From Eledone cirrhosa (taxonomy: Eukaryota), in the NCBI GenBank assembly GCA_964016885.1, contig OZ024756.1, forward strand, positions 12,152,001 to 12,216,000: a DNA stretch of 64,000 bases, read 5' to 3'. Of this stretch, positions 50,849-61,784 are shown one piece after another. The notes beneath the pieces were generated by a model that was not told the DNA's origin, did no database searches, and saw nothing but the letters and a program-made list of their open reading frames with translations. The first letter of the stretch is position 1, and each line of letters starts with the position of its first letter. The translations under genes and the position numbers were made by a program.

Positions 50849-52138
50849 CAGGGTGGGGCATAAAAACTGTTACAAAATAAAATGCAAATAGTTCTTGAAA
50901 AAAACATTTATTTCAAGATCTGAGATCTGACTTCAACAAATAGTAAGTAATATACTATTAAACAACTGCACAAAAATTTATTCAAAATGCTTTCCTCTAG
51001 CTCTCACTACCGCTCGAAGTCTTCTAGGAAAGTCTTTGGTGGGTATTTTCTCCCATACTTTATTCAGTTTTGATTTTAGAGTTTCAATATTTTGGCTAGG
51101 AGTAGAGCAGGCTTCACTCTCAAGAATTGACCATAAAGAAAAATCGAGAGGGTTGAGATCTGGTGATGTGGGAGGCCACTCTTCCTTACTGATCCATGCA
51201 GGACAATGGTCTCTACAACACTGTTGTGTTACACTAGCAGTGTGGATCGTCACTCCATCTTGTTGGAGAGTCCAAATGTCATCGCCATAAACAGATGTGC
51301 ACCATGGCATCAGTGCTCCTTCCAAAATATCCTTTATGTAAAGTTCTTTGTTAATTTTAACTCCTTGAGTCACAAAAATCATAGGAGACTTGCCTCTTTC
51401 AGAAATGGCTGCCCAAACCATCACTGATGCTGGTTTCTGTGTTCTGAACACTTTTCCTACACTTGAAGGAATTGATTTGAGACTTTTTGCAAGTACTCGA
51501 TCATTTTGATGATTGTGAGACTGCTGCAGAGTGAATAACTTCTCATCTGTAAAGATGATGTTTTGCAGCGTGCCATCCTTGATACGGTTCAATAACAGTT
51601 TACTTTTGGAGAACCTCTTTTCAATTGTGGCTGCAGAAAGAAGCTGCCTCTTTTGGAACTTATAGGGTGACATCCCCAGATCATCTCAACATATCCTCCG
51701 CATAATTCTCGGCGATGTTTCTGCTTCTTCTGCCATTTTTCTCATAGACCTTCTTGGATTACGCCTTATTTTTTCCCTCACACTTTTAATGAGTTTTGGT
51801 GTTCTTGAGGTGCGAGGGCGTCGGGATTGAGGTCTGTCTTTGGTCAAGGAAGTTTCCTTAAATCGATCGATTGTCATTTTGATCAACATTCTATTGATCT
51901 TAAGAGTTTTCCCCAGTTTGAATATCTCGGGTGGAGTCAGGCCTTTTCATGCTTCTCTATTATGAACTTTCTTTTCAATTCTATGGACATTGCAAATTGT
52001 TAATGGCGTAATGTTCTGAAAAATAGTTAATATGGCTATAGTGCATGGATTTGATACAAATATATTGGTTATATTAGCCACATAATGTATTTTTAAAATT
52101 GATTTAAAACTTTGTAACAGGAATTATGCCCCACCCTG
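50849..52138 (-). mobile_element. Full-length Tc1/mariner element, DD37D (maT) group
   Basis: TIRs CAGGGTGGGGCATAA..CTGTTACAAA at both ends, TA TSDs, 1290 bp. Confidence 0.95.
50978..51990 (-). pseudogene. DD37D transposase, frameshifted
   Basis: ATG at 51990 (MSIELKRK) and an HTH region with RPQSRRPRT. Catalytic motifs IIFTDEK, QQDG and SPDLNPLD, with 37 residues between the 2nd and 3rd Asp. Frame breaks near 51940 and 51685. Confidence 0.9.
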
Positions 52139-52240
52139 TATATATATAGATATTGCTATATATAGATATTGCTATGATTGCTATGATTTCTTCATCTTAT
52201 CCAATACTAAGTCATGCTCTCAAACTCTCCACATTCACAC

Positions 52241-52411
52241 ATACACCATACTATATATTATCTAACCCAATAGATACACCATACTATATATTATCTAACC
52301 CAATAGATACACCATACTATATATTATCTAACCCAATAGATACACCATACTATATATTATCTAACCCAATAGATACACCATACTATATATTATCTAACCC
52401 AATAGATACAC
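52241..52411 (+). repeat. 33-bp tandem repeat x5
   Basis: ATACACCATACTATATATTATCTAACCCAATAG. Confidence 0.95.
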
Positions 52412-52852
52412 TGTAATATATATTCTTTAACTCGATAGATAATTCTCATATTTATAATTATCCATCTTTAAAATTCATAGCTTTCATTACTTTCACTTTA
52501 AGCATCTTGTTGTGTCTTTTATTATTATTATCATTACTGAGGGTGGTCGATTGGCAGTATCGGTAGAGGGTCGGACACCATGCTTTGACGCATAGAGTTA
52601 CGGCCCTTTATGATCTGAGTTCAAATCCCGCCGAGGTTAACTCTGCCTTTCATCCTTACGGGGGGGAGGGGGTCGATAAAATAAAGTACCAGTCACGCAC
52701 TGGGGTCGATTTAATCGACTTTCCCCTTCTCCCCAAAGATTGCTGTCCTTCCATTATTATTATCATTACTATCATTATTGTTATAAATGTTTCATAGGAT
52801 GTTGGATTGGCAAAAATGTTAGAGCAGCAAACAAGATGTGGTAGATTGACAG

Positions 52853-53986
52853 AGTGTGTAGAGCATCAGACAGATGTGTAGAGCATCAGACAGGTGTGTA
52901 GAGCATCAGACAGGTGTGTAGAGCATCAGACAGATGTGTAGAGCATCAGACAGGTGTGTAGAGCATCAGACAGATGTGTAGAGCATGAGACAGGTGTGTA
53001 GAGCATCAGACAGGTGTGTAGAGCATGAGACAGGTGTGTAGAGCATCAGACAGGTGTGTAGAGCATCAGACAGGTGTGTAGAGCATCAGACAGATGTGTA
53101 GAGCATCAGACAGGTGTGTAGAGCATGAGACAGGTGTGTAGAGCATCAGACAGGTGTGTAGAGCATCAGACAGATGTGTAGAGCATGAGACAGGTGTGTA
53201 GAGCATCAGACAGGTGTGTAGAGCATGAGACAGGTGTGTAGAGCATCAGACAGGTGTGTAGAGCATGAGACAGGTGTGTAGAGCATCAGACAGGTGTGTA
53301 GAGCATCAGACAGATGTGTAGAGCATCAGACAGATGTGTAGAGCATCAGACAGGTGTGTAGAGCATGAGACAGATGTGTAGAGCATGAGACAGGTGTGTA
53401 GAGCATCAGACAGGTGTGTGTAGAGCATCAGGCAGGTGTGTAGAGCATCAGACAGGTGTGTGTAGAGTATCAGACAGGTGTGTGTAGAGCATCAGGCAGG
53501 TGTGTAGAGCATGAGACAGATGTGTGTAGAGCATCAGACAGGTGTGTGTAAAGCATCAGACAGATGTATGTAGAACATCAGACAGGTGTATGTAGAACAT
53601 CAGACAGGTGTGTGTAGAGCATCAGACAGATGTGTGTAGAGCATCAGACAGAGTGTGTAGAGCATCAGACAGTGTGTAGAGCATCAGACAGATGTGTAGA
53701 GCATCAGACATGTGTGTAGAGCATCAGTCAGATGTGTAGAGCATCAGACAGGTGTGTAGAGCATCAGACAGGCATGTAGATCATGAGACAGGTGTGTAGA
53801 GCATCAGACAGGTGTGTAGAGCATCAGACAGGTGTGTAGAGCATCAGACAGAGTGTGTAGAGCATGAGACAGGTGTGTAGAGCATCAAACAGATGTATGT
53901 AGAGCATGAGACAGATGTGTAGAGCATGAGACAGGTGTGTAGAGCATGAGACAGGTGTGTAGAGCATCAGACAGATGTGTAGCAGT
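52853..53986 (+). repeat. 20-bp (partly 22-bp) minisatellite inside a family B SINE
   Basis: Unit GTGTGTAGAGCAT(C/G)AGACAG, about 55 copies. The SINE resumes at CTGAGTTCAAATC (54010). Confidence 0.97.
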
Positions 53987-54342
53987 ATTTTGTTCTGTTT
54001 TTTTATGCTCTGAGTTCAAATCTTGCCAAAGTCATCCTTACTGGATTGATAAAATAAAGTACCAGTAATACACCGGGGTCAATTTCATTGATTTTCCCCT
54101 CCCCTACAAAATTGCTGGCCTTGTGCCTGAATCAGAAACCATTATTAATACCACTACTGCTATTACTACCACCATCACTACTGGGATTAGAACTCTACTG
54201 ATCCACTGATAACCAGAGCTAACCACCCAACCATGACGCTATAACTGATTGTAAGAGCTGCAATGTGTAGTGGCGGATTGTAGCTATCTGCTACGATAGT
54301 TGAACAAGGAGGTGATGACAGACATTTTGTGTATATATATAT

Positions 54343-54737
54343 ATGGAGGCACATGGCTTAGTGGTTAGAGTATTGGGCTTGCAATCGAAAGGTTGTGAGT
54401 TCAATTCTAAGACCGGGTGATGTGTTGTTTCCTTGAGCAAGACACTTTATTTCACATTGCTCCAGTTTACTCAGCTGTAGAAATGAGATGATAGGGACTG
54501 GGGTCCATATCATTCCACTGTAAAGTGGACGAGTAGGCGCCACGGAAAAAAAAGCACCCAGCACTCACTGTAAATGAGGTTGGTGTTAGGAAGGGCATCC
54601 AGCTCTGTGGAAATCAAGCCAGAATCAGTTCCCGTATGAGCTAGACAAGGTCAGCCGACTGGACACTGCCCACAACAGGACAACCCATCTAACCCATGCT
54701 AGCGTGGAAGAACGGACGTAAAACGATGATGATGATG
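54343..54737 (+). mobile_element. SINE family A, long-tail variant
   Basis: Same head and body; tail matches the 49150-49280 type. Confidence 0.92.
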
Positions 54738-54751
54738 ATATATATATATAT

Positions 54752-55018
54752 ATTTATTATTATGTAATAAACAACATAAGGCAATTATTCCATTTACCAG
54801 TGGTTTCTTAAAAGCAAAAGGTTTTGCTTTCAATCCTCAGAATGAAAAAATCCTGGTTTGTTTATTGAATTTGGATTGAAAGCAAAACCTTTTGCTTTTA
54901 AGAAACCACTGGTAAATGGAATAATTGCCTTATGTTGTTTATTACATAATAATAATTAAGCTCAGTTGCCTACATAGAGCACTCTTTTTTCCTGGACATT
55001 TCCGACGGAATTACTTCA
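54752..55018 (+). mobile_element. Fold-back remnant (about 85-bp perfect arms plus tail)
   Basis: 54752-54836 is inverted against 54873-54955. Contains GAAA-CCACTGG-TA and tail hairpin GCTC...GAGCACT at 54960-54983. Confidence 0.8.
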
Positions 55019-55310
55019 TATATATATATTTATATATATATATATATTTATTAAAATAACAGATTAAAGTTTAAGCAAAGAATCGCTGTTTTAGATTTTA
55101 GTCTTCAAATTTATTATTATTACTATATATATATATATATATATATATGTTTACAAACAAACCGAACATTATAATAAATGTTCGGTAAACCCATACGTAC
55201 TTATATATATGTGTGCATGTATGTATATATATACACACTACTGTACGTCTGTACACATATATGTATGTACCTATATATACTTATATATATATATATATAT
55301 ATATATATAC

Positions 55311-55525
55311 GTTATTCCGGGTTGAATCGGAGGTAACCACAGTAAGTGAGGTACTCGATACATAGCAGAGTATAAAAGTTTTAATAGAGATGAGATTCTA
55401 CAGGACTAGAACTGTTTCATTCTTTAGAAATCATCAGGAATCTGGCTTTCCAAAGCCAGATTCCTGATGATTTCTAAAGAATGAAACAGTTCTAGTCCTG
55501 TAGAATCTCATCTCTATTAAAACTA
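55311..55525 (-). mobile_element. Fold-back remnant family A with hammerhead core on both strands
   Basis: Perfect palindrome about 55377-55524 containing CTGATGA-TTTCTAAAGAAT-GAAA-CAGTTCTAG-TC. Tail at 55311-55376. Confidence 0.85.
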
Positions 55526-55597
55526 TATATATATATATATACACACACACAAATAGTGAAAACAATGAAATTATACAAAATACGGGTAATTTATAGT

Positions 55598-55746
55598 AAA
55601 ACTCATTATTTTACGATCGTTTCTGGGGGGTAGTTTTGCGTATGTTCATTCTATTAGTGATCCATATAAAATATATTACAAATTATCAAAGTAAGAAAAT
55701 ATACATATGTCTTCTCTACCCGCCGTCTTCAGAAATAATGAGTTTT
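55598..55746 (-). ncRNA. Type I hammerhead ribozyme with 14-bp stem I and long stem II
   Basis: Minus strand AAAACTCATTATTT-CTGAAGA-..GGGTAG...CTACCC..-GAAA-CGATCG-TA-AAATAATGAGTTTT. Confidence 0.8.
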
Positions 55747-56067
55747 GTTTATTGAAGAATATAAAAACATGTATGAATAAGTAACCTTTTAAGAACAACG
55801 TTGAGTTGACCAATAGTAAAAATATGAAGGGGCAATATAGATCATTAAGCTGGTAGTAGTAGATGAATAAATTAGCAGTCAGGGGATGAAGTATCGAATG
55901 ACCTTTAAGAAAAGAAAGTTGCGAGTGTAAAACAATTTAGACAGATTGTATAGAAATTTGAGAAAAGTATGGACGGTCAAGGAAGATTAAAGTTGGAGGA
56001 AAAGGGGTGCAGATATCTGTGTGTTATATCCAGTAGAATAGTATAGAACAATCCTAAATATTATTAA

Positions 56068-56193
56068 CATATGTTGATGCCCTAAGGACAGACACTGGTC
56101 TCTTGGAGACGCAGGACATGGCAGCAATAATGAGAGACAGAGACCACTGGAGAGAACTCATCCATGGATCTCGGGAATTTTACTCACCCTAGA
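56068..56193 (+). mobile_element. RTE-type LINE extreme C-terminus (different family)
   Basis: TYVDALRTDTGLLETQDMAAIMRDRDHWRELI. Confidence 0.65.
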
Positions 56194-56204
56194 CATATAT
56201 ATAT

Positions 56205-56478
56205 AGAAGGAATTTGTAGTTTACTTGAAGCATTGTATATAGTATAAAGAATTCAAAGTTTGAAAGCCATGACAATGCAGCTTTGGACGGAAAATAATCA
56301 AGTCGTAAGAAACGGGGGTGTTTTTTTTGTACCTTAATTTATTTTCCTCAGAAGAAGAGATATTAATCTCGAAATATAAGGATATATGAATAAATTAAGG
56401 TAAAGAACACCCCCTGTTCCTTATGACTTGATTATTTTCCATCCAACCTGCATTGTCGTGGCTTTCAAACTTTGAATT
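56205..56478. mobile_element. Fold-back remnant with a minimal hammerhead in the loop
   Basis: Arms about 56248-56343 and 56387-56478. Loop TCCT-CAGAAGA-A-GAGAT/ATCTC-GAAA-TA-TA-AGGA at 56345-56382. Confidence 0.75.
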
Positions 56479-56496
56479 ATATATGTGTGTGTGTGA

Positions 56497-57237
56497 AAAT
56501 TAAGGGTTGAAACACTTGCTTCAGTGGGGTTTCTTCTCTGAAGACCTGCTGTCCACCTCTCCTGAGAGTTTCTTACTACTGTATATATATATATAACTAT
56601 AGAAGTTAAAGGCTGAAAGACTTGCTTAAGGGGGTTGCTACTCTGAAGACCTTCTGCTGTCCAGCTCTCCTGAGACTGTCTTACCACTGTATATATATAT
56701 ATAACTATAGAAGTTAAAGGCTGAAAGACTTGCTTAAGGGGGTTGCTACTCTGAAGACCTTCTGCTGTCCAGCTCTCCTGAGACTGTCTTACCACTGTAT
56801 ATATATATAACTATAGAAGTTAAAGGCTGAAAGATTTGCTTAAGGGGGTTGCTACTCTGAAGACCTTCTGCTGTCCAGCTCTCCTGAGACTGTCTTACCA
56901 CTGTATATATATATAACTATAGAAGTTAAAGGCTGAAAGACTTGCTTAAGGGGGTTGCTACTCTGAAGACCTTCTGCTGTCCAGCTCTCCTGAGACTGTC
57001 TTACCACTGTATATATATATATATAACTATAGAAGTTAAAGGCTGAAAGATTTGCTTAAGGGGGTTGCTACTCTGAAGACCTGCTGTCCAGCTCTCCTGA
57101 GACTGTCTTACCACTGTATATATATATAACTATAGAAGTTAAAGGCTGAAAGACTCGCTTAAGGGGGTTGCTACTCTGAAGACCTTCTGCTGTCCAGCTC
57201 TCCTGAGAGTTTCTTACCACTGTATATATATATATAA
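56497..57237 (+). repeat. About 105-bp tandem repeat x7, each with a short (TA)n
   Basis: ACTATAGAAGTTAAAGGCTGAAAGACTTGCTTAAGGGGGTTGCTACTCTGAAGACCTTCTGCTGTCCAGCTCTCCTGAGACTGTCTTACCACTG(TA)n. Confidence 0.95.
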
Positions 57238-57776
57238 CATAATTTGATGTTACAGTTCAAAGTTAATGAGCAAATTGCATATTATCAGTAATTGGTTCGT
57301 TACAATTTCAAAAATTGGAATCTTCGTTATATCTGATGAAGACAGGTGTAAATTTTGTAGGTTTTTAGTGACTAGTCCACCTGTGTCGTCAATAATAACT
57401 GCAATAGCATTGTAAGTATTTAATTTTTGGAGTCCAGGATTGGTATGCCATATATATACCAGGTTTATTGAATATATGAACAACCCTATAAACTGGGAAA
57501 TTTGTGTTTTGATAAATTTATGATTTTGCATAAGGGAAACTCTAGAGTGCATGTTGATTTTTGACATGTGGAAGTGATTAAAGATGAAAATGATATTTCA
57601 ATGGTAGCACCCAGAATCGTGTGATTAGAAAGTGAACTTTTTTTATTATAACAACATGACTATGTTAGGAAGTACAATCTGTGAATGTGTGTGTTAAATT
57701 TTAAAAGTTATACATGTTTATCTCTATGAAACTACTGGTAATGCATAAACAATTCAGATTGTTACTATGTTAATAT

Positions 57777-58210
57777 ATCATCATCATCATCATCATCATC
57801 ACCGTTTTACGTCCGTTCTTCCATGCTAGCATGGGTTAGACGGGTTGTCCTGTTGTGGGCAGTGTCCAGTCGGCTGACCATGTCTTGCTCATACGGGAAC
57901 TGATTCTGGCTTGATTTCTACAGCTTGATGTCCTTCCTAACACCAGCCTCATTTACAGTGAGTGCTGGGTGCTTTTTCGTGGCACCTACACGTCCACTTT
58001 ACAGTGTGGGCTGGGTGCTTTTTTGCAGTGGGAGGGTGTGGGGGAATATTGTCTATATGCGCTTCGGCTTCGGCTTGTACTTGTGGGGGTCGGGTCTTCT
58101 GTATTACTGCATGACGCCAGAGGTCACGGTCGTGTGTCATCGCTTTTGAGAGGTGTAATTGGGTAAGGTCGGCTTTTATCACCTCATCCCAGGTCTTCTT
58201 GGGTCTCCAC
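57777..58210 (-). mobile_element. RTE 3' end with modular 3' UTR
   Basis: IKADLTQLHLSKAMTHDRDLWRHAV; same type as 48401-49280. Confidence 0.88.
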
Positions 58211-58436
58211 CCTCACACTTCTGCGCACACCACCCTTACTCTGTAAAGTGGTCATGGTAAAAAGCACCCAGCACACACTGTAAATATGGTTGGCATTAGG
58301 AAGGGCATCCAGTCATAGAAAACCATCCAGAAAGAGTCCTATATGAGCAAGACACGGTCAGCCGACCCAACTTGCCTATAAATTATATATCATCATCATT
58401 TAACGTCCATTTTCTTGGTATAATTTTATATATATA

Positions 58437-59376
58437 CTAGCAGTAAAGCCCGGCGTTGCTCGGGGTCGCTCAGTAGCTGTGTTAAAGTTACAATGTTAAG
58501 TTTCTTTCTTGGCTTAAAAACTGTAGTGTCTACTGTGCAGACTTGCATGTGGTGTTTTTGATTAATATTCCCTCAACCAACAATATGCCTTATGAAGTTA
58601 AGAAAACATAACGATAACCCGAATGTTATAACAAAAGAGGATGCTGGGGATAGAAACTGCACTGGTTATTTATTAACAAAGATCGAAAATGTAAACACTG
58701 CAACGCAGAGAAAAACATTAGCGTAACCAAATTATCAGTTATGTCTGTCTGCACGCCTATATCACCTCTCTGCACGACTGTCTGTCTGCACGCCTATATC
58801 ACCTCTCTGCACGACTGTCAGTCTGCACGCCTATATCACCTCTCTGCACGACTGTCTGTCTGCACGCCTATATCACCTCTCTGCACGACTGTCTGTCTGC
58901 ACGCGTATATCACCTCTCTGCACGACTGTCTGTCTGCACGTCTGTCTGTCTGCACGCCTAACGACGAAATATTTGCTTGTTTTACGTAGTCTTTAAATAG
59001 ACTTGTTTTCAAGTAAAAATATTGTTTTAAAATGCTTTTAAATGGAAATGAAGCAAAACGGAAGCTTAGTGTTCGAACGTGTATTGTGTTAATGTCATTT
59101 TAAACGCTGAGAAAGCCAGCGTAATTTTTTACGTAAGACGCTCAATGTAAACAGAACAAAGGGAAATAACTGATAACTTACGCTCAAAAATCGATACATT
59201 ATATTCGATTTCGTCACATAGGGTGGGTCAATTTGAAATATTTTTTTTCCGATGTCTTCGCTAGGGCTCAATGTACAAGTATAGCAATTTCGGTGCAATT
59301 CCGTCAGAGATTCTAAGAGGAGATGTGTGCCAAAAATCGATAGACAGACAGACAACCACAGTTTTATATATATAGA
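58437..59376 (-). mobile_element. Non-autonomous Helitron
   Basis: Minus strand A|TC start, subterminal hairpin CCCGAGCAACGCCGGG and CTAG|T end. Internal 37-bp repeats at 58742-58960. Another Helitron-like end lies near 20760. Confidence 0.85.
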
Positions 59377-60986
59377 TGTAAGAGGTAGTGGTGCTCTGAC
59401 CTAGCAATGTTTATTTACATGAACTTTTCATATATTGGTCACATCTCAATGTCAGGGCATCATTACCTCTCACTAATTGGAGCCTGCCAGCTTATGCTCT
59501 GTAATGCAAATGAGTTTTGTCAGCCAATGTTCATAAGCATAAAAACTACAAGCTTTTAGCTTATTTTCGTTTAACCACCCAAGAGGAGTAAGCCCCTCAG
59601 ACAACAATTAATGAACCAGAAATGGTGCTGTTAGAGTGCTCTCCCTTGCTTGTTAAGAATGAGCGGTAGAATAATCACAGCTTTTAAAATTCATAATGTG
59701 TCTACAAAAATGTTTATTTACATGAACATTTCATATATGATTTAATATACAACCCCATATATATATATATATTTATATATCATGATCATCATCGTTTAAC
59801 ATCTATCTTCCACGCTAGCATGGGTGAGACGGGTTTGTCCCATTTATAGGCAAGTTGGGTCGGCTGACCATGTCTCGCTCATATAGGACTGTTTCTGGAT
59901 GGTTTTCTATGACTGGATGCCCTTCCTAACGCCAACCATATTTACAGTGTGTGTGCTCGGTGCTTTTGACCGTGCCTCCTTCATGACCACTTTACAGAGT
60001 AAGGGTGGTGTGCGCAGAAGTGTGAGGGTGGTGTATGGAATGGGGTGTAGTAGATGATGAGGTGCCTACTTAGTGTATATTTGAGTCTGTGCATAAGGGA
60101 AGGTGGGTCTTCTGTATTACTGCATAGCGCCAAAGACCTCTATGCAGTAATACAGAAGACCCACCTTCCTTTGCATACAGACTTAAACCTACACAAAATG
60201 TATATATATAAAACACATGGGAGAAATATAGGAAGCACGTGGATGATTCCCGCTCATTGGCTGTCTTCCTGGGTATCATTGTAGTTTTGGATGCTTTATA
60301 AGATAAGAATATTCACCTTTGCATCAATAGAAACCATGGAGTTATCCATGGTTTTTATTTTGAATGAAAACACAATGGATGTTGGATAAAAACAAACACA
60401 CACATACATACACAAAACAAAACAAGAAGAAATAACACACACACATACATACACAAAACAAAACAAGAAGAAATAACACACACACACACATACATATATA
60501 TATATACAAATATAAATTTAGCGAGAATCGCATTTCGGCGGGTAGAAATTAGCGAAACGCAACTTCCGTATTGTGCAGACAAGCGCTCCATGGATATGAA
60601 GATAGCTGAGCTATAAACATAAGTTAAAAGGGTCATACAAACTGAGACGATGGTTAAGAAGCCATTAACCACCAGAGCCAAATAAGCGAACAAGCTAAAC
60701 GGGTCAACCAAAATAAGATATGATTGAAATAGTTACCCGGACCCTCGGGAAAGATGGAATACTCCGAATTTGGGTTTCTGCAACATCTAAATCAATAATA
60801 CTGTCTGCTTATAAAAATAAAAATAAGCTTTTGGTATAATGATCGAACGAGGCATCGCTTTCTCAACAGGCATTTTGTTCTTCGTGGGCCAGAATCTCAC
60901 AGGTTATGAAAGCACATGTGAGGTTCTAAGGGAAGAAAACCCCTATTTTGGCCAGTGAATTCAGCGTGTGTAGTTATTGCAAAATT

Positions 60987-61622
60987 TTCATTAGTTAAGC
61001 AAAACGAGACCACAAATTTCACAAGGAAGACATTATTAAAAGATTGTCAACATAGTTTTAGTTTAATGTAAGGAATGTAGAGAATAATAATAATAATAAT
61101 AATATTAATAATGTCCGTTTACAATTGTTTCGCTACTCCATATAATGTTTCTTATTATTATTATTGGCAGCATCGGTAGAGGGTCGGAAGCCATGCTTTG
61201 ACGCATAGTGTTAGGGCCCTTGCCATTCTGAGTTCAAATCCCGCCGAGGTCAACTTTGCCTTTCATCCTTACGGGGTCGATAAAATAAAGTACCAGTAAT
61301 GTACTGGGTATTTGCTGGCCTTGTGCCAATAGTAGAAACAATTATATTATTATTCTCTACATTCCTTACATTAAACTAAAACTATGTTGACAATCTTTTA
61401 ATAATGTCTTCCTTGTGAAATTTGTGGTCTTGTTTTGTTTAACTAATGAATATTTCCAGCTCTGCGCACCTAACCTCTGCATGAACCCAGCCACCTAGCT
61501 GCCTTCTACTGCATATTGCACATTGAGCACATGCCTTTACGCTTTGGCTTCTAACTAATTCACCAATCTCTCTTCTCCTCTCCTATCAACATCTCTCTCT
61601 TTAAGATTGGTTTACTCTTGGA

Positions 61623-61628
<6 letters not shown>
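60987..61628 (+). mobile_element. Fold-back remnant family B with a SINE B inserted in its loop
   Basis: 60987-61095 is inverted against 61347-61450. Tail 61451-61628 is the reverse complement of 11752-11920. Confidence 0.85.
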
Positions 61629-61674
<46 letters not shown>

Positions 61675-61784
61675 AACAGCACATTATAATTATTTCATTA
61701 CCAAAGGTTTCAAGAAACTAGATATATGTATATATGTATATATATATATGAAACATTCGGTAATGAAATAATTATATAGACGAT

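Noticed and set aside
57250-57567. 105-aa minus-strand ORF and a + strand CTGATGAAGACAGGTG...CACCTGTGTC hammerhead-like stem
   Set aside because: No recognisable protein motif; the GAAA box is missing, so it is at most a decayed relic.
59380-59740. Direct repeat AATGTTTATTTACATGAAC with possible degenerate hammerheads
   Set aside because: Possibly a tandem pLTR relic, but the cores are too degenerate to support.
60520-60985. Non-repetitive segment that could hide an exon or element
   Set aside because: No convincing splice pair, ORF motif, TIR or second copy in the window.
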